This document shows positions 11,711 to 25,770 of a stretch of 64,000 bases of DNA, in pieces. The notes beneath the pieces were generated by a model, which was not told the DNA's origin, did not search any database, and was given only the letters and a program-made list of their open reading frames with translations. The position numbers and the translations under genes are program-made. Every line of letters starts with the position of its first letter. Position 1 is the stretch's first letter. The stretch is from Glaucostegus cemiculus (taxonomy: Eukaryota): assembly GCA_976551045.1 (NCBI GenBank), contig CDPCPM010000239.1, forward strand, positions 3,844,001-3,908,000, in the 5' to 3' direction.

Positions 11711-14700
11711 AAAGCATTTTACTTAATTTATGGAAATCAACACTTGATTTAAAGCATTTTTTGGAAACCTTGTGTCAGTTGAAAGCATATTAACCTCATT
11801 GATGCAGGCAAATGACCCATATAACTGTACAAGACCATTTCATGGAATTAGAAAACCAATGCAATGTTATTGTCTACTGTAGCTTGTTGGTCAAGGTTAT
11901 TGCCTACTGTCACTTGTTGGTATTCCAAATGATACAATGAGAGAAAGTAACAGATACTGAGACAAAATATGTTTAAACACGTGTCCATTACAATCTCTAA
12001 TCTTTATTAACTACCTTACAAAACAATCTTGTATTTTAAGTTATTAAAGTCAGCTTTTTTCCTGATAAGACTGCTTAAAGTATGATCCATAAAACTTTAC
12101 ATGGACTGGATTGATTCAACTCTATAAGTGATTTCTTGAACAGTGCTGAGTAAATATGATGAGAATTGTTAATGTTTAGTAAGATATTTTCATGAATTAT
12201 TCCTCATATATGTTTATTATTGTAATTTTTAAAATACCTTTTGTGCTTGCTATTTGTAATACAACTATTATCAGATTGTGAATCCTTCCTTGGTTCCCCC
12301 TCTGTATTTTAATCAAATGAAATATACTTTGTTTTCCAAACTGCTCCAAATTATATTTTTCTTATTAACCTTTTGTATAATTTAGGTTATTATGGACATC
12401 ATTGATTTTGACTTGAGCATTTTAACGAGTACTTCTATGGTGCTTCAGATGTGCAACTGACTGGAGTCAGAAATATCAGGGACTGCAGAGAATTAGAATT
12501 CTGTTTTTATAATGACTTTTACTGAGGATAAAATTTTGTGATCATATCCAGTTTTCTGAGTGTGTAAAATCCCTGACCTTGAATGCAATATTGAATACTT
12601 TACTTTCCTTTGTAGACTTCAAGCAACTTATCTGTCCTTCTAACTTTTCTAACCTCTGTACTTTTAGTTGCCCTCGACTTTTGAGGAAATTCACTGAGAC
12701 AAGATCTTAGTCTTTTGTCATTTACCCTCTCTTGCTTTCTGCTATGTTACAAATGTTCTCTTCTGTCTTTCCCACATTTGCTGTATGTCTACAAGCTGGT
12801 ACATCTTTCTCATTTTTTTCTATTTCCAATGAATTATCATCAGCATCAAATACTGACTGTTACTGATGTTGCTTGACCTGATGAGTATTTTCAGAATTTT
12901 TGCACTCTTAATTCAGAGAGCAATCACATGTATTTCACCACATCATGAAACATATATGGTTTAAACCACATTTGTGGCCACATTATATCACCCAATAATA
13001 ACTCATATGAGTCTGCTAAGTATGTATATCAGAAACAACTCTGTATCTATGAAATGAGAGCACACCTAAAGAGATATCCTGCAAAATTAAAGGAGGAAAA
13101 TTTATAGAACAAGATAGAAGGTAGAAGGAAGGTAATTTTTAAATGATGAAAATTACAGACACATGAGCACAACTATTTCAGTTGACTTGTGAACATAGAA
13201 CCAGACAACATAGATTTTAAATCCTAATCTCAAGTAAAACTGCAGTTTAGATTTTTTTTCTTGCAGTTGTAGACAAGAGAAAATGTTGAGTATTCTTCAA
13301 TAAAAGAGCTCAAATCTAACCCTGAAGTGGCCACAATCATTAGAAAAGTTATTAGCATGTAGAATGCCTTAAAATGATTCAATTATTTTGTCACTTCAAA
13401 AGATAGTTTGCCATTGTGTGTGGAAAAAGGTTTGATAAAACACTAATTAGTAAATAAATAAACTATAATGGATTACATTCTCTGTGTATTTCTGTCATCC
13501 AGAGACTATTGTACTTAATTTTGCTGGATTTCCATTTGCTTTGAAAATGTTCACACGCAGCAGTTTGCTTTATACAAAATTATGTACTGTATTTAAGTTA
13601 CAATATCATGCATGCAAACATTCCACTAGGAAAATCAGAAACAGGGATCCAGGCAACATAATGGCACATGGAATGATTGTGTTTTCTGACACACAAAACA
13701 TAGATTTGCTCTCAAAGTATTTTGTATGTGAAAGGTGGGGTGGGGGCCAGTTTTGAGAGAACATTGTGGTGGCTTAAAAATAGATAATGCTTCATCAATT
13801 TGCAAGATACCTTTATACAAGGGTCCAAGCTAATTTTCTCCTTTTGTTCCAACGTGCAATCAGTTACTGAATAGCAGTTGGCACATCACAAACAGAAGGC
13901 AACCTGTTGGCTTCCCATTTTTTGCATCTATATTGGTGTACAATAAATAATGAGGATGGGTCTTGTGTACATGGTGGTTATCATTAATGTTTTAATATTG
14001 TAAATTTTTGTAAACTGGCTTCTTTTGAATCTAGTCCAGATGCCACCGGGAATGGATTCCTTGCTCCCGAGCAGAATTCCTTTTGCTCTGTGCATAACCA
14101 TTAAGGTTAATTGGCAGACAACCTGAACAAATTCATAATTTTCAAATTAGTCAAACAACTAGGGACCTCATCAGATTGTCCCCTTCAGAATCCAGTATCA
14201 GCAGAGCCCTGCTGCAGGAGATAGTGCACAAGTGTAAGCAGTGCTTGGAGATCCAAAACTATAAATAGGTGAAGAGAGCATTTTTATTGCAAGCTTGCAG
14301 GGTCAACCAATGCAATCACAATATGAATGATTGGACCTTGATGTGTACAGATGGATAAATATGTATATAGTTACTGAACTTATCCTGTTCTTTCCAACTG
14401 TTGATTTATGCTGTCTTCCTTTATCCATTATGTCTCCCCTACCTATCTCCCTCCCTGCAGCCTCCATGATTTGTGCACCTGCTGCTACATTGCGCTAGTA
14501 TTAAATGGTCTTTCTGAGCCCAGATATCAGCATATTTTCTCATTCTCGACTGGTTCTGCAAATGGGTCACAAAATGATGACACTTTGAAGCAGTTCTGAT
14601 TAGGCACAAACTTGTTGTCCGTACTTAAAAGTGATAATCCCCCCCATAATACAAATCTGAAGCACCTATTTCTTTAATGGAACCTTTAGATGAATATCAA

Positions 14701-17094
14701 AGAGCTATTTACCCATATGTAATATTTTAATTAGATTGCATTCCCTATTTAACCCATCACGGACCCTTTGATGCTCTGTGTGTATTTAGTGTTTAGCCTC
14801 AGATGCGAGAGGTAATGAATGCTGGACCTTTTGATTTAATGAGAAATCTGCCTTTCCAGTTCGACTCTGTTTGCATCCCTTTATTCTCTTACTATAGAAT
14901 TCAGTTAATTGAAGGAGTCTCTTACCACCACACATTAAGAAGGCCAAATTAGCATCCCTTCTCTGATTAAATAGCACAGGCAGACATTGGGTCTTTGAAG
15001 TGAAGCCTGAACTGAAGTAGACAGCAGTGTTCTGAAAATGAGCTGATGGCCTTGTTATTAGGAGAAAATGCAGATGTGCCCCATGTGGCGCAAAATGCTT
15101 AATCTCTTAATTGATCACCTTCCGCACTATCCGTACACCAATGCTTTCCTTTTAAATTGTCAGCATATCAAAGTCACATTTTGGAAAATGAACTGGTTTA
15201 GTTTATAAGACCTCCAATGCCACTCCATTCTCTTGTTTCACATATAATGTTCGCTTTAAATAATTGGGTTCCTTACATAACCATTTTTAAATTTGCACCA
15301 GAATTATTTGTCAATTTTCAAGAAGAATGATATTTTAAAAAGTGCTGCTGTGTATGCTATAAGTGCCTTACAGTGAAAGGAGATCTTTTGATGTTTTGCT
15401 GATAAATAATAATGCAAATGCTTTTCCTGACAGAACATGTGCAATATACACAAAAAAAAAGCGGTGGAAGGAAGTGACTAACATGTTCCTGTAAAAAGCA
15501 AGAGCTAATTTCATAAATAATGGAAACAAATAGACACCTTCTAGGCAAGGTGAAGAACCTTGAACTTTGTACGTTCTTTTCTTAGGTAAGACTGAAATTA
15601 TCAGTGCTTACCCAGCCAACCTGCTGATTCAAGGCCCATTAGAAATAATTCCAAAGGAAGTAAATTAATTTAAAACATGGTGTAATGGATCCTTGTTAGT
15701 GATCTGATGTTGCATGCAAAGCAGCTCTGAGATAACCGAAAAGCATTGAAGTTATGATGTGAGCATTAAACCTTCAGGGAGGATTGAATGTTAGAATGTG
15801 AAACTGAGTCCAGGCCATTACTGAAGTTGGAAGAAAGCAATATACAATTAATATTAAATAAGATTAAGAAGTTAAAACAATATTTTGGAAGAGTTACAAT
15901 GGAAAATCGGGTGTATTCAGAAATGGACTAATCAGATATAAATCCTTTTAATAGCTGTCTAAGAAAAGTTAGTGATTGACACAGTTATTACAATTCTAAT
16001 ATTCCTTCAATTACTCAATGATGGTTATTTGAGAATGAATTTGCTATTGATTGAAGTTTAGATCAAACTCACAAATGTAAATACTCTCAACTTTTTTCTC
16101 CCTCTGGTACAATAGCCCACTTGCTACAGATGAGTCCTACATTGATAAAGACTCCAAGAAAGCCAATATAGCCATCACAGAATGATTAAAGTACTAGTGC
16201 AAAACTCTAATAATCAACACACTTGGGACTTTATTGGTGTCTGACTGGTGGATTTTCCACACTATTGGATGTTATTCCTATTAATACCCTAACACACATG
16301 GACTTTTTTCTAGATGCTGCTTAGTATTTTAATAAATGAATGAAATAGACAAACATGCCAAGCAGATGTATGAAGTGATTCATTTTGGTCAAGGGATTGA
16401 GGAGAGGAAATATATTCTAAGTTATACAGTTTTAAAGAAGATGCGGAATTAAAGCATGAGCACGCAAATCTTTGAAGGTGGCTAGCCATGCTGAAGACCA
16501 TTAAAATATGTGATCTTTAGCTTTATGAATATAAGTTATAGGAACATAATTGATAGCTAACTACCTCTTAGCATCATTTTCCAACCTCCCTCCTCAACCA
16601 CCCCACCCCCCTCACCACCATCATCATATCAGAACATGGAATTGTTTTGTATTACATGGGATATTTAATCAATGATTTTGGAATGGTATGTTTACAACTT
16701 GAATTTTCAACTCTCAGAATATTTTCCAATGCCATGCCCTGATACAACTTTTATGTTAATTATGCTACTGAATTAACATAAGAACCTATCACCTTCTGGT
16801 AAAGTAACTATTAATATTTATTCTACTTTAACCTAAATAAAGGTTTTCTTCAATACTATTGGTGATATTACTTTTGAAAATTGTTCTATCATTAGTTTAA
16901 TTGTCAAACCCCAGAAATACAATGTGAGTCATCAGTTACAATTTCATCTGTAAATTATCAGTGGATAGCTAATTAACAGCCATCTTAAATAAACTTAATT
17001 ATTGTGGTGTAATATATTATTATACTTCATAATCAAAATGACATTATGCACATGTAATTTACTGACAAATTCAATATGTAGGGAAAAGGCATGC

Positions 17095-17275
17095 ACGCAA
17101 AATTGGAATTCAGAACAAATTTTTCTTACTTTTCTAGTTCTGTCGAAGGGTCTTCAAACCTGAAACATTCTCTTTTTCACTGACAAACATTCCAGAAATG
17201 CTAACTAACCTACTGAAGGTTTCCATCATTTTCTGATTCTTTTTCCAGATTTACCACATCTGCAATTTTCTGATC
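17095..17275 (+). mobile_element. Degenerate Penelope-derived hairpin element half
   Basis: ttctgtcgaagggtcttcaaacctgaaacatt...atgctaactaacctactgaaggtttccatcattttctg...catctgca resembles 360-462. Confidence 0.5.
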
Positions 17276-19139
17276 TTCACACAAAATTACTGTTTCTTTT
17301 TGACTTGGCCAACTCATGATAGTGAACACATAAATTATCATTAGTTATGACTAGTTGGCAAGCAGATAAATTACAAAGATCATGAAATGACTGATAATTG
17401 TTCTAACAAAATTGCAGCCAATAACAATTTACAGTTTCATTTTAGCAACAAGATAACCACAAATTTGATACATTTGAATGACCGCAGAAGAATAAAGAGG
17501 TTCTGGTTAAAGAAGTGAATCCAATGAAAATGTTGAAACTTAGTGCTATAATTAAAGGAAAACAAATAGCACTCAGCAATAATAAATAGGAAAACAGAGC
17601 CTCCTTCTTAGGCATTCCTTGCTGTGTAAAACATTTGCATTGTAAAGAAATCACTGTTCCAATAAAGAAATGTTTGGAAATGGATGAGATAATTTTTTTG
17701 CCACCTTCATATGTCAGGACAGCTGAACAAATTATCTCAACCTGGTGATTAAGGAGTCCATGAGCTACACTTTGCTCACAAGATAACACTTATGCTAACA
17801 GCATCCATATTTATGTGGCAAAGCCACACCATCAAGCACGGAGTATTTAAATGTGATTATCCAAAATTTGCTGTTTGAATTGTGGAGTTAGCTTTAGAAA
17901 AACAACTTCTCATCATTAAAGAGTTCTGAATGATGTGATGTTTCTGTATTTGAGTGATAGCTACAAATTAAACATCACAGAAAATTAGGTGTTTTATTTC
18001 AAATGTTATGACTCTTTGACATTGTTCCTTCAGGCTTTAACTCTACATAAATTAAAATGTAATAATTGTAATCCTTCCTTTTTAATTTTTCTCTCTTCTT
18101 TCTCTCAATCCAATCATGCCTTCTTCCTGGTTTTCTCTCATCTGATGAAGTGCTCAAATGTACAAAAGTTGTAGAAAGACCAAGGTATGATTGGAGATAA
18201 GGACCATGCTGTCATGTTGTGGTTTGAACACAGTGTGTTAAAAATGCAGGCTGCTCACTGGAGAGGCAAGGTGAATGCTAAATTTCAGTCTAAACCGGAA
18301 TGTAAATGTAAATCCATTTAGCAGCAGCGGGATCTTCGATGAGCAGGGTCTTACTGATGAGTGAACGTACACTGGAGAATGGTGGTGTGGGGTGTATGGA
18401 GGGATTATTTTGATCTCTCAACAGGAACAAATTCCAACCTGTAAGATTTTTCCATTATCATTTTGGCAATTCAATACAAAATTCAGGTTTTGAAGACCCT
18501 GGACTCCAGGTACAAAATTAGATAATGCAACACCTGACTAGAGGTTAAAGAGTAAAATAGCCACCCAGGGCAAAGATACCTTTGCTGTATTTGAAAATAT
18601 ATCACTAAAAGCCATAAATCACATAAATGACCATATTCTCAACTCGTTTTGCTGTCTGATAATTATAGTAACAACAATTTATTGAAGGTTCAGTTACTAT
18701 CCTTTTTATCCTTTGAATTCACCTAGATAATTCACAGTTATTTTCTTCCCTTGCAGTGTCTGTGATAAAAATGGTCAAGAACTGATCTTTAATTGTGAAA
18801 ACCTTTTTGGACTTAATGGTCATCTTTGTGCTTCTCCAGTAAACAGCACTGCCAGCTCCTGATCCTGCCTTTATTATGGCATTATAGAAAGCCACCAATT
18901 TACCATCAGATTTTCAATGCTTAAAGCCTTTCCCTGGTGAATGATTCAAACTCTAAGTAAAGCCATTAATATAAAAAATGTATTGCAAGTGAACTCCAAA
19001 GAAATCTTTAAAATTTCATCTAGATTTTTATTTTAGGACTATTAAGATACTTTAATACTGATTGTTTAACCACTTTCATCTTAAAGTAACATAACACCAT
19101 GTTTATAATGCTTACTAATATTTATAAGGAGACTGGATA

Positions 19140-19650
19140 TAAGAAATGGGAACAGTAGCCACTCAGCTTCTTGAGCTTGCTGTGCTATCCCACAAGACGT
19201 ACATGATCTTCTACCCAGTCCAGTTTTGTGCTCAATCGCATACTTCTTGATTTCTCTGGATTCCAAAACTCAATTTCTGTTTCAATTGCACTCAGCCATG
19301 GAACATCCAGTACCATGTAGTGCTGAGCTTTCCGAAGGTTCATAATCCTCTGAGTGAAAAAAGTTGTTCCTGACCTCAGTCCTAAATATGTGACCCCTTA
19401 TCTTGAGATCATAACTCCTGGTTCTAAGTCCTCCAAGCAAAAAAGAACAGCTTTTCAGCATCCACTCTGTCAACCCCCTGAAGAATCTTATACATTTCAA
19501 TCAGATTATCTCCTTCTTCTGAGTTTCAGATAATATTGGCCTATTCTACTTGATCTTTCCACATAGAATCATCCTTTCATCCCACAAGTCAATCCAGTAT
19601 TCATTGTTGTTCTGTACCCAAGAGAAGTATACCTTTCCTCAGATAAGAAA
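19140..19650 (-). mobile_element. Degenerate CR1 LINE 3' fragment
   Basis: Minus ORF contains LRTRSYDLKIRGHIFRTEVRNNFF, the CR1 ORF2 C-terminal motif. Confidence 0.75.
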
Positions 19651-19849
19651 AGTGTGATCTCTTTAAGAAGCTATATGAGAGAAAGAATTCCCTAAATGCT
19701 CCTCAGCTCCTTTGCCAACATTAATTACTGTAACCCACATACTAACTTCCTGCAATTCCCATATAAGAAGATTCAAATCTCTCCAGACTAAGAAGGAGCG
19801 GCAACAAAATGATAGAGTATGAGGGTTGCCTGTCAGCTGCCTGAAACCA

Positions 19850-20110
19850 GAAAACTGGAATTGGAATTAGAATTGGTTTATTATTGCCACATGCACCGAC
19901 ATACAATGAAACACTTAGTTTTGCATGCCACCCATACAGATCCTTTCAAAACATAAGTACTTTGAGGTAGTACAAGGGAAAAATGATATCAAAATGCAGA
20001 ATATGGTGTTACAGTTACAGAGAAAGTGCAGTGCAGGTAGACAATAAGGTGCAAGGACCATGACGAGGTGGAATGTGAGGTCAAGAGTTCATCTTTAATG
20101 TTAGTAGGAT
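19850..20110 (-). mobile_element. Rex1/Babar LINE 3' UTR (older host element, distal part)
   Basis: ggaattggaattagaattggtttattattgccacatgcaccgac...gaaagtgcagtgcaggtagacaataaggtgcaag is the reverse of the 3' UTR seen at 20550-20790. Confidence 0.8.
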
Positions 20111-20111
20111 A

Positions 20112-20794
20112 ATGTCACGTAGATGCCATAGTGAAGAAAGCTCACCAGCGCCTCTACTTCCTCAGGAGGCTGAAGAAATTTGGTTTGTCCCCTTTGACTC
20201 TCACCAACTTTTACCGATGCACCATAGAAAGCATCCTGTCTGGATGTATCACGGCTTGGTATGGTAACTGCTCTGCCCAGGAGCACAAAAAGCTGCAGAG
20301 AGTTGTGGACACAGCCCAGCGCATCACGGACACCAGCCTCCCCTCCTTGGACTCTGTCTTTACCTCTCAACGTCTCGGTGTAGTGGCCAGCATAATCAAA
20401 GACCCCACTCATCCAGGACATTCTTTCTTCTCTCCTCTTCCATCGGGTAGAAGATATAGGTGCCTGAGGGCATGTACCACCAGACTTAAGGACAGCTTCT
20501 TCCCCACTGTGATAAGACTACTGAATGGTTCCCTTATACAATGAGGTGGTCGGTGACCTCACGTTCTACCTTGTGTGACCTTGCACCTTATTGCACTGCA
20601 CTTTCTCTGTAGTTGTGACACTTTACTCTGTACTGTTACTGTTTTTATTATACTACATCAATGCACTTTGTGCTAACTATGTAACTGCACTGTGTAATGA
20701 ATTGAATTGACCTGTATGATTGGTTTGTAAGACAAGCTTTTCACTGTACCTCGGTACAAGTGACAATAATAAACCAAAACCAATACCAATACCA
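20112..20794 (+). mobile_element. 5'-truncated Rex1/Babar LINE (ORF2 C-terminus, DUF1891-like) with (CCAATA)n tail
   Basis: ORF 20131..20544 [46 protein letters not shown]...SFFPTVIRLLN; tail aataataaaccaaaaccaataccaatacca. Confidence 0.9.
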
Positions 20795-21080
20795 AGAAGC
20801 TGTCATTGAGTCTGGTGGTACATGTTTTGTATCTTTTGCCCGATGGAAGGGTAAAGAAGAGAGAATGACTGCCATGGGAGGGGTCTTTGATTATGCTGGC
20901 TGCTTTCCCAAGGCAGTGAGAAGTGTAGACAGAGTCCATGGTGGAGAGGCTGGTTTTCGTGATGTGCTGAGCTGTGTCCACAACTCCCTGCAATTTCTTT
21001 TGGTCTTGGTCAGAGAAGTTGCCACATCAAGTCGTGATGCATCTGGATGGGATGCTTTTAGTGGTATGGGGATGTAAAAT
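20795..21080 (-). mobile_element. Rex1/Babar LINE ORF2 fragment (older host element, proximal part)
   Basis: Minus ORF 20673..20993 [39 protein letters not shown], same family as 20131..20544. Confidence 0.85.
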
Positions 21081-21942
21081 ATAGAAAGGGGGGATGTTCT
21101 ACCAGGTGGAATGGCATAATAGCATTTGGTTTATTACTTGAGCTATTGTTTTGGAACCAGTCAGACTGAGAAACCATCTGGCATTGACAGGGAAAGCCCA
21201 TTGTATAAGCTGGGGCTCAGATATATGGGAGAGAGGGGTCATGGGATGAGGGGGAGCAATTGCAGAGAGAGGGCTGGAGGTTGCGCAGAGAGGTTTGGCT
21301 GATTGTGGAATGGGAGGCAGGCTGGCTGGGAAGTTGGCAAGAGGAGTGCTTCTGCTGTCCCTAAGCCATAAGCAGTTTATACCTTCCCAGCCCTGCGAAA
21401 GCCATCACACAGCATTAAATCCACAAACCTGCTAAAATCTGGGCACAGACTTATCTAAACATTACAGTTACTGACCTCTTTCTCATGAAATTTTATTTAC
21501 CCAAATCCCAGTCTGTCACAGTTAAGCCAGAAGTCAGTGTGTTAAAATCAGGTTTCACATCTTTAAGAGTTTAAATTTCTCCCAGCTCCCCTCCTCAACA
21601 TTCTGGGGATTAAAACACTTCCTGATGGAACTGAAAGCAGGTGAAAGCAGATGGATTTCATCTTGGTTTTATCTCCTATAAGTAAAACTGCAATGATATA
21701 TTACCTGACAACATCCACTCCTCCTACAGTATCTCAAAACTGCTTCAGCATTTCTGGGGAACTTCTAGATGCAATTGACAGAAGTAGTAGATGATGAGAC
21801 TGGATGTGAGACCTAACTCCACATCCTTGACTTGCATAGAACTTGTTTCAATGGCAGAACTCACATATTTCCCTTCACCCATCACCCCTGTGTTTGTTAA
21901 CCCCCAGTAGATTCCAATCAAGAAATTCCTCAGTTTTACACT

Positions 21943-22350
21943 TGTTACGAACCCAGCAACAAAAGAAGCACACCACATACTTCAGTGTTAAATCTATTTT
22001 ATTAATAACTACTTCCAATAATATGTAAAATAAGAACAAAAAGTTAGTATATTAATACAAAACAAAATATTAGAATCTTAAACTGCAACCCCAAAAACTA
22101 CTCGTCGTGTGTGTGCGGCGAATTCCTAAACTCCAAGTCCAGGAATTAGTTCTTAAAGTTCAGTTCAATAAGCCGTAAGATGAAACACAAGTAAAGGCTT
22201 CTTCACAGGCACTGTCCACCGAAGACAAAACATAGATATAGAGAGAGCTTACAGAGGAACCACGAAATCTGAATGTTCCACTCAGAATTCAAACGACACG
22301 TCAGGGCTTACTTGGTGGTGACTTTCTCACCCCGAAAACTCCTGGATCGT
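21943..22350 (-). mobile_element. Possible solo or partial LTR (Gypsy-like)
   Basis: Sharp boundary TGTTACGAACCC at 21943, a minus-strand AATAAA about 55 nt inside, and a local rise in CpG; the other terminus was not found. Confidence 0.35.
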
Positions 22351-22514
22351 GACTGTCCATGCAAACACTTCATTTACTGTTCCCAAGTACCTCTTTATGT
22401 TGTCCTCCCTGCCTTTGTAAAAATCCTACAATCCTCTGAGACCTTTGCACTCCACTGATTTTGGCCCTTTTCACTGCTCTTTTAGCTGCCATTTGGACTC
22501 AAAGTCACATTTCT

Positions 22515-22870
22515 TTTATATTCATTCAAGGTATGTGGGCTTTGCAGGTTGAGCCAGCATTTAATTGCCCATCACTTGTTGCCCTTGAGAAGGTGGTGGT
22601 GAGCTGTCTTTTTGAACCACTGCAGTTCTTGAGGTGTGGGTGTACCCCCAATGCTGTCGGGGAGAGAGTTCCAGGATTTTGACCCAGTGACTCTGAAGGA
22701 ACACTGATATATTTCTAGTTTGGGATGGTGTATGGCATGGAGGCATGTGGGATCCCTATGCTTTTGCTGCCTCTGGCTTGTAGAGATCATGTGCTGTCTA
22801 AGGAGCATTGGTGAGTTGCTTCAGTGCATCTCTTAGATGATACAAACTGCTGCTACTGTGCATTGGTGGG
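22515..22870 (-). mobile_element. CR1-superfamily LINE 3' fragment
   Basis: Minus ORF EIYQCSFRVTGSKSWNSLPDSIGGTPTPQELQWFKKTAHHHLLKGN; similar copies at 63430-64000 and 35600-35840. Confidence 0.75.
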
Positions 22871-23919
22871 ACACACTTGGACTCTATTCCTCCAATTAAT
22901 TGATTAACCATCTTATGTCAGTACTACAAAGTTTTGATCTGTTCCATTTATTGGGGAATCAGACAGCTCTCTCTACAGCAAACTATCTCTGCTGTTCAGC
23001 ATATATGTCATCTTGTGATGTGACTTCAATAAATAGAAGCTTGTTTTTCAAGCAAACCTTATGCCGCTCCTGCCGTTTCCTGCGACTCTTAACACTGAGG
23101 CAAGTTCTGTTTGGTTTTATAGATTGGTGCACAGTTGAAGTGATGGATTTGTGGGCCATGAGTTTTCAGAAAGTGATGGAATGCCCATTTTGAGTTGCTG
23201 GCTTCATTTAGTGCAGTGATATACCACAGGACAAACTATAGTGCTTCTTCAGTTAGAATTCTGGACATCCACAACTATTGTGAAGTGGTCAGTGCTACTA
23301 ATATTGTCATTGATAGGTTCCTCTGCAACAGGTAGGTGGATAAGAATGAGCTCAAACAGCTTTTTTTCTCTCATATTGGTTCTCTCACCTTCTGCTGCAA
23401 GTTCAGTCTGGTAGCTACAGGGGAGCCAGCTCATTATATTCTAATGTCCTTGGTGACAGAGGTTTAACTCCTGTGTATATATTCTGTGGACATGCTGCCC
23501 TCAATGTTTCTTCCAATTATCAAATAACAAGGAGCTGGTTTATAAGTTAAAGGTGGGAGGTAGGTAATAATCATCATGGGGTCTCCATGTCCACAGTTGG
23601 CTAACCACTATTTGACTCATGGTTTATGGGGTTCTGAATTAATTTTGAGGTCACCCAGGATAACTCTTTCACAACTGCATTGGCACTGTTTTGGCAAATA
23701 AAGGACCTGGAGATTGTGCTGGAACAGTCCATTAGCCTGTGGAGAATGGCTCTGTGAATATGGCAACATCAGGCTGAATCTTCTCTGCATGAAAGATCTG
23801 CGAAGTTCCTGCAAGGTGCTAAAGAAAAGGACTTTGCAGGATGAGCTGATATCATTGCCACTTGGAAACAGGCCTGGAAGGTGACCAGAGCTGGGAACTA
23901 AATAAACAAGATTATTTGA

Positions 23920-24600
23920 CATTTAGGAAGGATATTCAGAAATTAAAAGGAGGTGATGTAGGGGAGGAGACTATTGACACAGGTTCAATTTGAGTTGAGC
24001 TGAGAAATGACAAAGGGCTAAAAATGTTAATTGGAGTTATTTAACGGCCACTTAACAGTTGTTGCATAAATCAGGAAAATAGTGGTGCAGGTATCAGGAG
24101 TATAATAATGATTATGACAGACTTTAATCTACATATAGATTTGACAAGTAAAATTTGGTGTAATTATGTGGTAGGTGAATCAATGGAATGTACACAAGAT
24201 GCTTTCTTAAATCAAAGTGCAGAGCAACCACTGAGTGAAAAGGCTATTTTGGATCTTGTTTTGTGAGACAGAGTTAAATGATCATTTTGTTGTCAAAGGG
24301 CCTTTAGGGAAGAATGACCACAATATAATAGAATTTTACATTATATAGTTCAATGCAAAAATAGGGTTTAAACATAAACAAAAGAACCTAAGAAGGTATG
24401 AGAGGAGAATTGGCTGTGGTTAATTGGGAGAATACATTAAAAGGCATAATGGTGGAAGGGCAATGATTAGCAGTTAAAAACTAATGCACAAGTTACAGAC
24501 AAAATCACTCATGACAAGAAAATGGGGAAAGTACTTTATTCATGGCTGACCTTAATATTAAAAGTAGTATTAAGTTAAAAGAAGAGGCTTATAGAGTTAC
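23920..24600 (+). mobile_element. Degenerate CR1 ORF2 endonuclease-region fragment
   Basis: gactttaatctacatatagatt (DFNLHID), gctattttggatcttgttttg (AILDLVL), gaatgaccacaatataatagaattt (DHNIIEF) motifs with frameshifts. Confidence 0.65.
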
Positions 24601-25264
24601 CTGTTCCCTATGTCTGTGCTGGGCTTTTGTTAAATCCAGTGCTGTGTTGAATGTCTGGTGGTTCATACTGCTTTAATCTTACCATTCTTCACTGCAGCAG
24701 TTTGGTGCAACTGACTCACTTGCAGCTTAGTTACAGGATGGAAACTTGAGAAAGAGATCTTGGGAGATTTAAAAAAAGGCCTACATGCACATAGTAACCA
24801 GCTTTAAGAGATAAACAAGACATGTATAGCTGGTAGTGCATGAAAAGAGTAGAATGCGGAAGTGAGGCTTAGAGGATTGTTCAGTGAGTGTGTGGGAAAA
24901 ATCATAGATCTATGAATGTTAGGTCTAAATCCTGACAGGTAGAGATTGTTGACAGTTGAATGATGAATTTGTGTTGCCTTGAGCAATATGTGTGTCGAAT
25001 AGTGTAGCTGGTAGAATATGGGGTTTGAGGATATATTCATTTACTTTAATAACATATGAAGCCACTGAACTTCCTGTGGCACATCGTCCAGGTCCTTGGG
25101 ATGTAACTCCTTTCATTGGTCTCCATAATTGAACCCTTCCTCTATCTTAAATGCTACATTTAGAGAGCCTTTTGGATAGAATATGTGTCTCTTCTCTAGC
25201 TCCTACATTGGGACCTCTAGCACAATGTCAAAGCAATCTGCTCCCCACCTAATTCTTCTACAAA

Positions 25265-25770
25265 GTTCAGAATCAGAATAAGGTTTATTATCACTTACAT
25301 ATGTCATGAAATTTGTTGTTTTGTGGTAGCAGTACAGCACAAGACATAAAAATTACTATAAGTTACAAAAATGAATAAATAGTGTAAAAGAGGAATAATG
25401 AGGTAGTGTTCATGGATTCATAGACCATTCAGAAATCTGATGGCAGAGGGGAACAAGCTGTTCCTGAAACGTTGAGTGTGTGTCTTCAGGCTCCTGTACC
25501 TCCTCCTGAATGGTAGCATTAGGATTGTGTGTCCCAGATGGTGAGGGTACTTAATGATGGATGCCACTTTCTTGAAGCATCATCTCTTGAAGATATCCTC
25601 AATGGTGGGGAAGGTTGTGCCCGTGATGCAGCTGGCTGAGTCTACAACCCTCTGCAGCCCCTATCAACCCTGCGCATTAGAGCTTCCATACCAGGTGGTG
25701 ATGGAACCATTTAGCATGCTCTCCACTGTACATCTGTAGAAATTTGCAAGAGTCTTTGGTGGTATGCCAA
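25265..25770 (-). mobile_element. Rex1/Babar LINE 3' fragment (second subfamily)
   Basis: cagaatcagaataaggtttattatcacttacatatgtcatg tail; cattcagaaatctgatggcagaggggaacaagctgttcctgaaac. Confidence 0.75.

Noticed and set aside
20131-20544. 137-aa ORF as a host gene (often mis-annotated as ALKBH8-like/DUF1891)
   Set aside because: It is the C-terminus of a 5'-truncated Rex1/Babar ORF2 with several copies in this window.
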